A stretch of DNA of 64,000 bases from Acidobacteriota bacterium. Lineage in GTDB: Bacteria > Acidobacteriota > UBA6911 > RPQK01 > JAJDTT01. Below, one piece after another: positions 9,758 to 19,549 of the stretch. Each line of letters starts with the position of its first letter. Positions within the stretch are counted from its first letter, which is position 1. Both the position numbers and the translations under genes were made by a program. The notes beneath the pieces are model-generated. The model did no database searches. It was not told the DNA's origin and saw nothing but the letters and a program-made list of their open reading frames with translations. The stretch spans positions 3,456,001 to 3,520,000 of the forward strand of contig OZ242374.1 of NCBI GenBank assembly GCA_965209055.1. Direction: 5' to 3'.

Positions 9758-11975
9758 TCTTCACCACCTTGAAGTTATCGAAGAGAATCTCGGGACCGTC
9801 ACTCTTGGATGTGGTGCCGACGGAGTAGCCGTAAAGCCCGGCGCTCCCCTCCCGATTCGGATGCGGGTCCAGAACCTCGATGCTCCATGCCTCGGGCTCC
9901 GGTTCCTGCCGGGGCCACACCTTGGCTCGCACCTGGGCCTGTCCATCCTCCAGCAACACCGAGAACTTGGCTCGATACCAGACGTCCGGATCCCAGGGGA
10001 AGGCCACGTCGTGCCTCAGGCGAGGCAGCGGCGACCAGGTCTCGATCCGAAGCCTCTTCCTCATTCCCATCATGATGAAGCGGTAGCGGCTGTTGATGAG
10101 GCCCATGTCCGGCTTGAAACGCTTGCGGGCCAACTTGCCGAGGAGGTCCGCCTCCACCGTATATCCTCCCGGGATGGGGGGAGTGGCATAGGCTCGAAGC
10201 CTCATGAAGGGCGGGGAAGGCCGGGCCTTGGAGGCCAGCTTCTTGAGCGCCTTGCCTTCCGCCTCGACGACTTGAGTCTTGGAGGCCACGCCCACCCAGC
10301 CGGGCGGCACGGAGCCGGCCGCCAGCGACTCGAAGTCCTCGTTGATCGGCAGGTCGGGCGCGATCCGGATCCGTGCGGCGGCGCTCAGTCCACTCGAACC
10401 CGTGGCGGTCACCAGCCCCCCTGAGAATGCCTGCCGGTTCGAGGCAGTGAATGTCCCGTCCGGCACGATGGCTCCGGACACGCCCTTCACCGACCACTTG
10501 ACGCTGGCCGGCGACGGAGCCGAGCCGACCGAGTCGAATTGGAGTGCTTGCAGGCGGATCTGCTCGCCGGGCCTCAGAGTCGCTTCCGCCGGCACGACCC
10601 GAAGACTGTTCTTGGATCCCGGTTCGGGGCGCGCCGTCTCGGGCGGAGCCGGAGGCGCCTCCAGAGTTGCTACTTGCCGGCCCGATGTCCCCAGACAGTA
10701 GATGCCGTATCGGGTCATGAAGTAGACGCGTCCGCCGACCACGGCCGGAGAGCCGAAGATCTCGTCCACGGTGCCGTCCGGCCTCTCGAACACCTCCTTG
10801 TCCAGGGAGACGCATCGGTTCCCCTCGTCGCGGAGGATGTGGAAGATGCCGTTCTGTTCTCCCACGTAGATCACGCCGTCGCTGGTCACCACCGGTGAGC
10901 CCTTGCCGACCCGGCCCATGTTGTATTCCCAATGGATCTCGCCGCTGGCGGCGTCCATGCAGAAGAGGTTCGCGCTGTTGTCCACGGCGTAGAGCCGGCC
11001 GTTGGCGATGGCAGGCGAGGCATACCCGAAGGTGTGACCGTCATGCCGCCAGACGACGCCGCTATCGGTGATGTCCCCCGTTCCGGTTCCGTCAATGCAG
11101 ACGATGCTCCCCATCCTGGAGGTGTGCAGGTTCTCTTCGCTGTGAGACAGGTAGGCCCGGTCTCCGTCCACCACGACGGATGCGTTGAGGCCCCGTTTGC
11201 TGAGACGGAACGTCCACCGCTTTTCTCCGTTGCGGGCCAGCATGCCATAGGCGTTTCCGTCGGCCGTCGCCGCCACCAGCATCCGCCGACCGCCCATCAC
11301 GGCCGTCACGGGGGTGGAGTAGGTCGTGTCCAAAGGCTGTCCCCCCGGCGCCGCCCACCACTGGATGTCCCCACTCTTTCTGTGGAAGGCCACGTATCGA
11401 TGAAGCGGCCGCGCCAAATTCCCCCAACTCGAGTTGAGGTAGCTCACCACGACCCGGTCTTCGTCCAGGATCGGAGTGTGCAGGCGCCCCCCGTAACCGC
11501 TGATCCGGCCCAGCTCCTCCGTCATGGAGATCTTCCAGACTTCGTCGCCGTCGCGGTTGAGGCAGAAGAACTCTCCCCCGGTGGCGTGCGCATAGATCCG
11601 GCCCGATTCGGGGTCGCCCACCAGGGCGGTCCACCCCACCCGGTTCTCCACGATGTCGGTATGGAAGACGTTGAACCGTTTCTCCCAGAGTTTGCGGCCG
11701 GTAAGGGCGTCGAGCGCCACGATCCGCTCCGCCCGCTCAGGTCCTTCTCCCACCGGCAGGATGGCGAAAAGTCGACCGTCCATGATGATGGGCGTGGTCC
11801 GGCCGCCCTCGTCGAACTTCCAGAGAAGACCCTCTCCACCCTGATCCCAGGTGGTGACGGCGGCCTTTTCCGGGGCCGCTCCGTTCTGGTTCGGCCCGCG
11901 CCAATAGGGCCAGTCTGCGGCCACGGCCGGGTGGATGGTGATCCAAGCGAGGGAAACGACTCCAAGAATTCTCAA
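9747..11975 (-). CDS. PQQ-binding-like beta-propeller protein with C-terminal Ig-like and lectin-like (beta-sandwich) domains
   Basis: DWPYWRGP..NG motif, PQQ-type repeats, then LRVVPAEATLRPGE Ig-like segment and ...FDNFKV C-terminal sandwich; overlaps the downstream propeller gene. Confidence 0.85.
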   Translation of the reverse strand: MRILGVVSLAWITIHPAVAADWPYWRGPNQNGAAPEKAAVTTWDQGGEGLLWKFDEGGRTTPIIMDGRLFAILPVGEGPERAERIVALDALTGRKLWEKRFNVFHTDIVENRVGWTALVGDPESGRIYAHATGGEFFCLNRDGDEVWKISMTEELGRISGYGGRLHTPILDEDRVVVSYLNSSWGNLARPLHRYVAFHRKSGDIQWWAAPGGQPLDTTYSTPVTAVMGGRRMLVAATADGNAYGMLARNGEKRWTFRLSKRGLNASVVVDGDRAYLSHSEENLHTSRMGSIVCIDGTGTGDITDSGVVWRHDGHTFGYASPAIANGRLYAVDNSANLFCMDAASGEIHWEYNMGRVGKGSPVVTSDGVIYVGEQNGIFHILRDEGNRCVSLDKEVFERPDGTVDEIFGSPAVVGGRVYFMTRYGIYCLGTSGRQVATLEAPPAPPETARPEPGSKNSLRVVPAEATLRPGEQIRLQALQFDSVGSAPSPASVKWSVKGVSGAIVPDGTFTASNRQAFSGGLVTATGSSGLSAAARIRIAPDLPINEDFESLAAGSVPPGWVGVASKTQVVEAEGKALKKLASKARPSPPFMRLRAYATPPIPGGYTVEADLLGKLARKRFKPDMGLINSRYRFIMMGMRKRLRIETWSPLPRLRHDVAFPWDPDVWYRAKFSVLLEDGQAQVRAKVWPRQEPEPEAWSIEVLDPHPNREGSAGLYGYSVGTTSKSDGPEILFDNFKVVKNDD

Positions 11976-12072
11976 ACCCGACCTCCTGCGATGAAACGGT
12001 TCATTTGACGCTCATTATCAACGGAAAGGGAGATGTCTTCAAAACCCATACCTGCCATTTGCCGGGAAGCCG

Positions 12073-13926
12073 TCACCGGACGAGGAGGGGGAGCGTGACG
12101 TGTGACGGCCGGCTCCGGTCATGGAATACCGTGTTGCGGGCGATGGTCCAACTCCGTTCCCGGCCCAGCGGCTCCCCCGTGTTGGGGTTGACGTCGAACC
12201 GTGGGAAGTTGCTGGAAGAGACGTCCAGGCGAATCCGGTGTCCCTTCCGGAACACGTTGGCCGTGGGGTAGAGGACGATTGTGATGGACGCCACCTCTCC
12301 CGGCTCCAGGCGCCGGGCCGTGCCGCCGCCCTCCCGGTATCGGATCCTGACGATGCTGTCACTCAGGTTCAATGCATAGCCCAGCGGGTAGTCCGGGCCG
12401 GGCGGGTAGACGTCGATGAGCTTGGCGGTGAAGTCCGTGTCCCGCGCGGAGGAGGAGACCCAGAGTTCGACTTCTATTGGACCCGCGATCTCCAGATCCT
12501 CCTCCAGCGGAGAGGTCTCGAACACCAGTACGTCGGGACGGGAGCCCAGGGGCAGATAGGGCGGCGTGCATCCGAAGAAGTCCGGGCCCTCGGTCTGGTC
12601 GAATCCCCCGGCCGGGGTCACGGTCTCCACCATGGTCGGCGTGGGGACCGATTCCGGCCGGACCCCGTCGGGCCAGGGATGGACGTAGCTCAGAGAGGAG
12701 AAATTCCCGCCAATGGTGGGGACCGGACGCCGCGGATCGTAGGAATAGCTGGTGGAGGACTCCTTCCGTTCCGAAGGCTCGGGCGACAGGGTCCGGTCCG
12801 GGTGGAGATAGTAGGGCGTGGGCGCCGCCAGCGGCAGCGGCCAGCCGTCTCCCTCGCGCCAGTGCCCGCCGTGATCCAGATTCCCCAGGCGTGTCCTGCG
12901 CCCGCTGCCGCCCCCCATGAGGAACCAACGGACGGCCGGCATGCGGGCCGCAGCCGTCTCCCGGCCCTTGAGCCACTGGTCGAACCAGTCCAGGTGGAGG
13001 CGGTCCAGACTCTCCAGAGGAGCCTCGGGCCCCAGATCAACGTCACCGGAGATCTGCTCTTCGGTGGTGTAGGTGCCGTGCACCCAGGGACCCATGACCA
13101 CCTTCACCGGTCCCTTCTTGGCTCGCCTCAGGGCCTGGAAGGCCTCCAGCGTGGCGCGGGTGTAGGAGTCGTACCACCCTCCGATCAGGAGGATGGGGAC
13201 GTCCGAGTGCTGCTCCAGAAACTCCTCGATGGCGAATCCGGGTTGTTTCCAGAACTCGTCGTAGTCCCCGCGCCGGACCAGTTCCAGCGCCCAGCGCTCG
13301 TATCCCGGGAGCAAAGCAAGCTGGCTCTGTCCCCTTCGCAGCGGCAGCCGCCGGAGCCAATGCCGAAAATCGGGACCCGACGCCAACCCCTCCTGCACCC
13401 AGGGTTGAGCCCTGGTTGCGGCGTTCCCGTGATTGACGGAGTGCCAGAAGGCCCAGGCCAGAAAGCGGAGCTCGTAGGCGCCGCCCTGGCGAACCGAGCT
13501 GGTGTAGGCGTTCCAGCCACCCATGGTGGGGATCATGCAGGCCAGATGAGGGGGGGTCTGCGTGGCCAGGGTGCTCTGGGTCCAGGCCACGTAGGAGGTG
13601 CCGTACGTTCCCACTTTTCCGTCGCACCACTCCTGACGGGCGGTCCACTCCACGGCGTCGTAGCCGTCGAAAGGTTCGTTGACCAGAAAGACCAGGTCTC
13701 CCTCGGAGGAATGGCAGCCCCGGCAGTCCTGGACCACGACGGCATAGCCATGCTCGGCGTATCGCTCGGCCCGCCGCATCCGCTCCAGGTCCTGCTTGCC
13801 GTAGGGGGTCCGTTCCAGGAGCGCCGGCAGGGGCCCCGGGACATCGGCGGGGCGGTAGACGTCGGCTCCCAGGCGGACTCCGTCCCGCATCGTGACCGTG
13901 ACGTTTCGTTCGATCCTCAGGGCCAT
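12073..13926 (-). CDS. CocE/NonD family hydrolase (peptidase S15)
   Basis: MRDGVRLGADVYRP, RTPYGK, GTSY nucleophile, GGWYD, GPWVH, SSSNFPRFDVNPNTG. Confidence 0.93.
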   Translation of the reverse strand: MALRIERNVTVTMRDGVRLGADVYRPADVPGPLPALLERTPYGKQDLERMRRAERYAEHGYAVVVQDCRGCHSSEGDLVFLVNEPFDGYDAVEWTARQEWCDGKVGTYGTSYVAWTQSTLATQTPPHLACMIPTMGGWNAYTSSVRQGGAYELRFLAWAFWHSVNHGNAATRAQPWVQEGLASGPDFRHWLRRLPLRRGQSQLALLPGYERWALELVRRGDYDEFWKQPGFAIEEFLEQHSDVPILLIGGWYDSYTRATLEAFQALRRAKKGPVKVVMGPWVHGTYTTEEQISGDVDLGPEAPLESLDRLHLDWFDQWLKGRETAAARMPAVRWFLMGGGSGRRTRLGNLDHGGHWREGDGWPLPLAAPTPYYLHPDRTLSPEPSERKESSTSYSYDPRRPVPTIGGNFSSLSYVHPWPDGVRPESVPTPTMVETVTPAGGFDQTEGPDFFGCTPPYLPLGSRPDVLVFETSPLEEDLEIAGPIEVELWVSSSARDTDFTAKLIDVYPPGPDYPLGYALNLSDSIVRIRYREGGGTARRLEPGEVASITIVLYPTANVFRKGHRIRLDVSSSNFPRFDVNPNTGEPLGRERSWTIARNTVFHDRSRPSHVTLPLLVR

Positions 13927-13935
13927 GGGCGGACC

Positions 13936-14973
13936 TCAATCCAGGAGCCGGTCCAGTTCCACCATGGGGATGGATCGGGAGCTGACGGCCCGCTCCACCG
14001 ATCCCAGGTCCTTGAAACCGTGCCCCGTCACGATGCAGACGGTCCGGCTCGAAGCGGACACCGATCCTTCTGAACGGGCCTTCAGATAACCGGCGTAAGC
14101 GGTGGCTCCGGCAGGCTCGCAGTAGACGCCCCGGCTGAACAGCGTCTCCTGGGCGCGGAAGACTTCCTGGTCGCTCACGGACTGCCCGCTGCCGCCCGTC
14201 TCCAGGACGACGTCCAGGGCCAGTTGAGCGTCGATGACATTGGGGACCTGAAGACCCGAGATGACCGACGTGCACTCCACCTCCACCGCTTGGGTTTCCC
14301 CCCGGTCCAGCGGTCCGGTGACGGTGGCGCAGCCTCGGGGCTGGACGGCGTGAATCCGGGGCGCCCGGGAGATCCGCCCGTCGCGGAAATAGTCGTCGAA
14401 CCCTCGGGCAATGGCCGTCAACAGGCCCCCGCCCCCGATGGGTACGAAGACGTCGTCAACCTCGTCCAAGTCGTCGGCGATCTCGTAGCCGATGGTCTTG
14501 ACCCCGTCCATCCCCTCGGGGCTGAAGGTGAAGGCGGAGATCTGGAGTGCGGCGCTTCTGGCCGGCGCCTCCCGCTGCAACCGTTCCATCACGTCGCGGC
14601 TGGCCGCCGGATCCAATCCGAAACCCCGGACCCGCTTCAGGACCGCCCCGTACGCCAGCATCTGAACCGCCTTCCCGGCCGGAGTGGTCTCCACCAGAAA
14701 AATGTGGCAGGGGATGCCGGCTCGGGCGCAGTAGGCAGCCAGGGCGGAACCGGTGTTGCCCGAGGAGGTGGCCAGACAGGAGCTCAGCCCCTGCTGTCTC
14801 ATCCAGGAGACGGCAGAACTGGCGAACCGGTCCTTGTAGGAGCCGGAGGGGTTGAGCTGCTCCATCTTCAGGAAGGGTCCGCCGTTCAGCTTGACCAGGG
14901 GCGTGGAGCCTTCACCCAGGGTGAGGATGTGCCGGGTATCGCGGACCGGAAGGTATCGGCGGTATTTCCACAT
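13936..14973 (-). CDS. Threonine-synthase-like PLP-dependent enzyme (fold type II)
   Basis: TLGEGSTPL, KMEQLNPSGSYKDR (PLP lysine), SSGNTG, PIGGGGL, TGHGFKD. Confidence 0.85.
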   Translation of the reverse strand: MWKYRRYLPVRDTRHILTLGEGSTPLVKLNGGPFLKMEQLNPSGSYKDRFASSAVSWMRQQGLSSCLATSSGNTGSALAAYCARAGIPCHIFLVETTPAGKAVQMLAYGAVLKRVRGFGLDPAASRDVMERLQREAPARSAALQISAFTFSPEGMDGVKTIGYEIADDLDEVDDVFVPIGGGGLLTAIARGFDDYFRDGRISRAPRIHAVQPRGCATVTGPLDRGETQAVEVECTSVISGLQVPNVIDAQLALDVVLETGGSGQSVSDQEVFRAQETLFSRGVYCEPAGATAYAGYLKARSEGSVSASSRTVCIVTGHGFKDLGSVERAVSSRSIPMVELDRLLD

Positions 14974-15004
14974 GTTCTGTTTGTTGGCTGGCGCGGAACC
15001 GGGT

Positions 15005-16948
15005 TCAACTCCCTGGCTGTTGCTTGTAGAAGTACTTCCGGACGATATGGCGGGACGGCGGTGGCGTCGCCTTGCTGACGGCGATGACCAGAAAGAAGGA
15101 GACGGCCAAACCCCAGATGATGGGGTCGAGCCCCAGGAGCCGGTAGGAGGAAAATCGGCCGTAGGCGAGATAGCCGGCCCCGTAGAGGGAGAGGTGGAAC
15201 AGAAACCCTCCCAACATCCCCGCCATGGCTCCCCAGGTGTTGACTCGAGGCCAATAGAGCCCCAGTGCGACGGGGGCCAGAAAGCACGAGGCGAGTCCGC
15301 TACCCGTGTAGACGATGATGTCTTGCAGAAATAAAGGCGGGTTCACCGCTCCCAGCACCGCGGCGAAGCCGACTACGAAGGTGAAGACGTAGCTCATCCT
15401 CTTGATGGTCCGCTCCGGCGCCTGCGGATTGATGTTGCGTTGGTAGACGTCCCGAACCAGGGCGGAGGAGATGACCAGCAAAAAACTGTCTACCGTGGAC
15501 ATGACGGCGGCGAACGGGGCCGCCACCAGGATTCCGGCCATCCACGGCGCGCCGGCGAAGGCGCTGAGAAAGACGGCGACGGCCGGCATGATCCGGTCGG
15601 ACTCCAACTCCATGCCGGGCAGGAAGATGCGGGCGCAACAGAAGATGATCACCAGCGGGAAATAGATCAGGGAGTAGTAGATGGCGACGGTGAAGATGGA
15701 GCGCTTCAGGGTGCCGGAGCCCTTGAACGCCATCAGGCGAACCATGGTGCTGGGTTGGCCGGTTCCGGAGATGGCCCACATGAAGAAGAATGAGAAGGCC
15801 AGGCTCAAGGGAAGGAATCCCAGGTCGCTGTAGCGGTCCGGACCGGGTCCGCTGACGTACACTCCCGGACTATCGGCGCCATAACGATAGGGCTCGGTCG
15901 CGATTCGCTTGGCGCTGACGGAGGGTGGGGCCGCCGGAAGCGTTCCTTCCGCCAGCCGTTTCCGGATACTCTCCGCTTCTTCCTCCGAAACGATTTCCAC
16001 CACCTGAATCTCCGCGGCCCCGGTTGAGCCTCGGGAGATCACCGTTTCCTGGCTGGTTCGCAGAAGGCGCGGTTCCCCTCCATCGCCAGACGCGTTCAAC
16101 CAGACTCCCGAGCGGATGACGGTGTCCCGGGAGGCGGGCGCGGCCAGTTCCAGGTCGGCGACGCCCAGGCGGGGCGGGACCATGCGGCCGATACGCTGGG
16201 TTGCCGATTCGAGGCCGCCGACGGCAACGAGCGCCAACGGGAGCATGACCACCACGCCGGCCACCATGACCACACCCTGCATCACATCGGTCCAGACCAC
16301 CGCGTGAAAACCGCCGTACGTGGTGTAGAGGATCACGGCTACGGCGAAAGTCAACAGGCAGAGCAGATACCCTGGATCGACACCCTGAGTGAAGCTCAGA
16401 TCCTGGGTCGCGTCCGAGACCCAAAGGACACTGCTGCGGAAAAAGGGGACGTCCAGCAGCAAGGTCTTGAGGATCAGGCTCCCCGACTTGAACTGGGCCA
16501 CCAGGTTCACCGACATGAAAAAGATGATCATACCGGTGCAAAGCAGGCCGAACCCGGCGCTTTCAAACCGGTCCCGCAGGACGTCGGGGATGGTGATGGC
16601 CCCCGTCCTCCGGGCCAGCTGATTGATCCGTTTTCCCAGCAGGCCCATCCCGCAAATGGGCACCACGATGTAGCTGCCGATCCAGAGCCCGAGGATCCAA
16701 CCATGGGTGTAGATCTTGGAGGGGAAGCCGGTGAAGCTCCCTCCGGAGGCGCTGGTGGCGGCGAAGGTGAGAGCGAAGGCCCAGACTCCGAGACTCCGGC
16801 TCCCCAGGAAGTATTCGGAGAGAAAACTCTTGGTCCGGCGTAGGCGGTTGGACATCCAGGCCAGGAACAGGACGACCAAGGTGTAGATCAGGAACGTGAA
16901 CAGGGCCGCATTCGAGCCGTAGGAGGGGGAAGGCGCCAAATCGGTCAA
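15005..16948 (-). CDS. Sodium:solute symporter (PanF/PutP-like) with large extracytoplasmic insertion
   Basis: EYFLGSRSLG, SGGSF.G.P, YTTYGGFHAVVWTD, AAVMSTVDS, multiple TM helices. Confidence 0.9.
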   Translation of the reverse strand: MTDLAPSPSYGSNAALFTFLIYTLVVLFLAWMSNRLRRTKSFLSEYFLGSRSLGVWAFALTFAATSASGGSFTGFPSKIYTHGWILGLWIGSYIVVPICGMGLLGKRINQLARRTGAITIPDVLRDRFESAGFGLLCTGMIIFFMSVNLVAQFKSGSLILKTLLLDVPFFRSSVLWVSDATQDLSFTQGVDPGYLLCLLTFAVAVILYTTYGGFHAVVWTDVMQGVVMVAGVVVMLPLALVAVGGLESATQRIGRMVPPRLGVADLELAAPASRDTVIRSGVWLNASGDGGEPRLLRTSQETVISRGSTGAAEIQVVEIVSEEEAESIRKRLAEGTLPAAPPSVSAKRIATEPYRYGADSPGVYVSGPGPDRYSDLGFLPLSLAFSFFFMWAISGTGQPSTMVRLMAFKGSGTLKRSIFTVAIYYSLIYFPLVIIFCCARIFLPGMELESDRIMPAVAVFLSAFAGAPWMAGILVAAPFAAVMSTVDSFLLVISSALVRDVYQRNINPQAPERTIKRMSYVFTFVVGFAAVLGAVNPPLFLQDIIVYTGSGLASCFLAPVALGLYWPRVNTWGAMAGMLGGFLFHLSLYGAGYLAYGRFSSYRLLGLDPIIWGLAVSFFLVIAVSKATPPPSRHIVRKYFYKQQPGS

Positions 16949-17286
16949 GACGCCGCCTCGCTCCGGATTCCCGCGGTTGCGGCCTCAACTCCGGCCCGAT
17001 CTTCCTCCAGATCGTCTTCGACAAAATAGAAGAAGCAAAACCAGGCCGTGAACAGGTCCGCGGCGATCCAGGGAATCAGGATGCCCCAGAAAAGCCAGGT
17101 CGGAACGCCAAAAGTGGTGCTGACCTCTCCCGGCGGCAGCCCGTATCCGTTCAGGTAGCAGTAAGGGACGGCCCACACCAGGCCCGCCGCCCACGCGCCG
17201 ACGATGAGGATGGCCTCCCGCCGGGAGTGGAGAAATACCGGGTCGTAACGTTCTTCGGGTGTGGAACTGATGCCGGCGGAATCCAT
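16945..17286 (-). CDS. DUF997/YhdT-like small membrane protein, symporter partner
   Basis: SRREA..W.....W, G.P.W..WG pattern; 2 TM helices; 4-nt overlap with the symporter, as in yhdT-panF. Confidence 0.75.
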   Translation of the reverse strand: MDSAGISSTPEERYDPVFLHSRREAILIVGAWAAGLVWAVPYCYLNGYGLPPGEVSTTFGVPTWLFWGILIPWIAADLFTAWFCFFYFVEDDLEEDRAGVEAATAGIRSEAAS

Positions 17287-17331
17287 GTGCGGAGTGAAGC
17301 CTACTAATCCAGGGATTCAAGGGCAAGACGA

Positions 17332-17383
17332 GGAGCGGCGGCTTTCTTGCCGCCGAATGGGAACGGCGACATTCCTGTCGCCG
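17332..17383. repeat. Tandem REP-like palindromes
   Basis: GGAGCGGCGGCTTTCTTGCCGCCG (17332-17355) and GGAACGGCGACATTCCTGTCGCCG (17360-17383). Confidence 0.7.
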
Positions 17384-17447
17384 ATCTCCAGTGCAACAAC
17401 GCCGCGAAAGTCGGCAGTCGGAGAGGGTTTGCTAAACTGGAATCCCC

Positions 17448-18332
17448 ATGGCTCGCCGAAAACCCAATCTTGAAGTTTCCACCGGAAGAACAACTGGAGG
17501 AGCGTCGCCCGCGCAGATGGCCATTGGCGCCGTCCTCATCATTGCGCTCATGGCGGGCTTCTTTGTCTATCAGAGGTGGAAGCAGTTGGACGCCCTGGAG
17601 CGTCAAAACGCCCAGGTGACGCAGACGTTGACGAAGGTTCTCCAACGCCTGGAGCAGGTGGAGGAAAAGACTGGCCAAGCGCTGGATCGAGCCCAAGAGG
17701 CGGAACTCAGCGCCCTGGAGGCAGCCCGGGGAAGGGATGCAGCGGATTCGGCCCGCCGCCAGGCGGAGCGCGACCGGACTGAGGCTCGTCGACGGGCGGA
17801 AACTGCCCGGAAAGAAGCCGATCTTGCCCAAGAGGAGGCGAAAGCCGCCCGGGAGGAATCGGAGCGGATCCGCCGGGAACGTGAAGAGGAGCTGAATCGC
17901 CTCCACGAGGTCTTGAGCGGGATCGTCGAAACCCGCCGGACGGCTCTCGGCATGGTGATGAACCTGGGCAGCGACGCCGTCGAGTTCGATTTCGACAAGT
18001 CGACTCTACGCCCCGAGAACCGGGAGCTGCTGAGCCGGATCGCCGGCGTTCTCCTGACCTCCATGGGTTACCGGGTCCAGATCCACGGGCACACCGACGA
18101 CATCGGCAGCAACGAATACAACCAGAGGCTCTCGGAGCGGCGGGCCAAGGCAGTTCGTGACTACCTGGTGGATTCCGGAATCGATCCCGGCATCGTGAGC
18201 ACCAGAGGCCACGGAAAGACCAGGCCGTTGGCGCCGGGGACCACGCCCAGGGTCCGGGCGAAGAACCGGCGGGTCGAAATCGGGATCATCGACACGACCA
18301 TCAACTACGGACAGGTCGTCGCCGACCCCTGA
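17448..18332 (+). CDS. OmpA-family peptidoglycan-binding protein with N-terminal TM helix and coiled coil
   Basis: FDFDKSTL, IHGHTDDIGS..YNQRLSERRA, NRRVEI. Confidence 0.9.
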   Translation: MARRKPNLEVSTGRTTGGASPAQMAIGAVLIIALMAGFFVYQRWKQLDALERQNAQVTQTLTKVLQRLEQVEEKTGQALDRAQEAELSALEAARGRDAADSARRQAERDRTEARRRAETARKEADLAQEEAKAAREESERIRREREEELNRLHEVLSGIVETRRTALGMVMNLGSDAVEFDFDKSTLRPENRELLSRIAGVLLTSMGYRVQIHGHTDDIGSNEYNQRLSERRAKAVRDYLVDSGIDPGIVSTRGHGKTRPLAPGTTPRVRAKNRRVEIGIIDTTINYGQVVADP

Positions 18333-18791
18333 TCACTCGACCTCGAAAATGGCTTCCACCTCGACCGGGATGTTGCCGGGGAGGGACCCCATCCCTACGG
18401 CGCTGCGCGCGCCTTTGCCCGGGTCGCCGAAGACCTCCATCATGAGCTCGCTGAACCCGTTGATGACCTGTGGCTGCTCCCCGAAATCGGGTGTGGCGTT
18501 GACCATCCCCAGTACCTTCACCACCCGGACCACGCGGTCCAGGGATCCCAACGAACTCCGTACAGTGCTGAGGATGCACAGTCCGGTGACGCGCGCCGCC
18601 TCTTTGGCCTCCTCGGCGGTCAGTTCGACGCCCACCTTTCCGGTGATCTGGGTTCCGTCCGCCCGGTTGGGACCGTGACCGGAGACGAACAAAAGGTTGC
18701 CGACCTGGACGGCCGGCCGATAGATGGCCACCGGCTGGGGCGCGTCCGGAAGCTGGATGTTCAATTCTTCAAGTCGTTGTTCAGCTGTCAT
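18333..18791 (-). CDS. RidA/YjgF/YER057c family protein
   Basis: Y.PAVQVGNLLFVSGH, VINGFSEL, ARSAVG..SLP.NIPVEVE; start taken at MTAEQRL (RBS AAGGAG). Confidence 0.9.
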   Translation of the reverse strand: MTAEQRLEELNIQLPDAPQPVAIYRPAVQVGNLLFVSGHGPNRADGTQITGKVGVELTAEEAKEAARVTGLCILSTVRSSLGSLDRVVRVVKVLGMVNATPDFGEQPQVINGFSELMMEVFGDPGKGARSAVGMGSLPGNIPVEVEAIFEVE

Positions 18792-18958
18792 TGAATGCTC
18801 CTTGGAATTCGTGCGCGGCCGGGCGACATTCACCTTCTGCCCGGCAGTCGGAACCTCCACGCCGGCGGGAACCCATCCGGGAGGCCCGCAAAGGATACTC
18901 CGCCACGGCGGAGCTGATCAACCTGAGGAACGGAGGTCCGACTCGATCACATTGGCAT

Positions 18959-19549
18959 TCATTCTATGTCTCTGTGCCACACGCGAAATACGCGGCGGAG
19001 ACTCTCGACGAAGCGCCGAAAGGAAGTGTCCATTTGCGCAACGCGGTCAATATCCATGTGGCGGAGGATGTCATCGGCGTACTCGACTCCTCCGAGGTAA
19101 GGTAGACGGCCGGTTGCCCGTATGGCTTCGGTCAGAAGATTCTTGTAGCGATCACGACTGCACTTAAGGTCTGGCGCGCTGCAACCGCGACCGAAAACGA
19201 CTTTGAAGGCGGCGCTGTCCAACAACAACCAGCGTTCGATATGTGGATCTGGAATGGCAAGTATGGTGGTTACGGGGATGTCAGGGATTCGAATCGTCCT
19301 GGTGCGTTCGTGAAGTCCTTGGCAATTCGCGTCGGTGGCGAGGATGATCAGACTCGGCCAGGGTTTGCCGTGGCGCCTCAGATCACGCATGTAGCCATCA
19401 AGCTCCGAGTTGACTCTGGCATGACCTCCTATCGCATTTCGCCATTGGAGTCGTATCTCAATGCTGAATTCCCCGGCGATTCGATTCAGTAGTGCACCGA
19501 TGACCTGTTTATGCGCGTGATCCTCGACAAAAAGTGAGATCTCACGCAT
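18959..19549 (-). CDS. DUF4276/RloB-like (TOPRIM-like) protein, partner of ABC ATPase
   Basis: LFVED acidic motif, ATDAN, IERWLLLD, SFRRF; overlaps the ATPase stop. Confidence 0.7.
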   Translation of the reverse strand: MREISLFVEDHAHKQVIGALLNRIAGEFSIEIRLQWRNAIGGHARVNSELDGYMRDLRRHGKPWPSLIILATDANCQGLHERTRTIRIPDIPVTTILAIPDPHIERWLLLDSAAFKVVFGRGCSAPDLKCSRDRYKNLLTEAIRATGRLPYLGGVEYADDILRHMDIDRVAQMDTSFRRFVESLRRVFRVWHRDIE

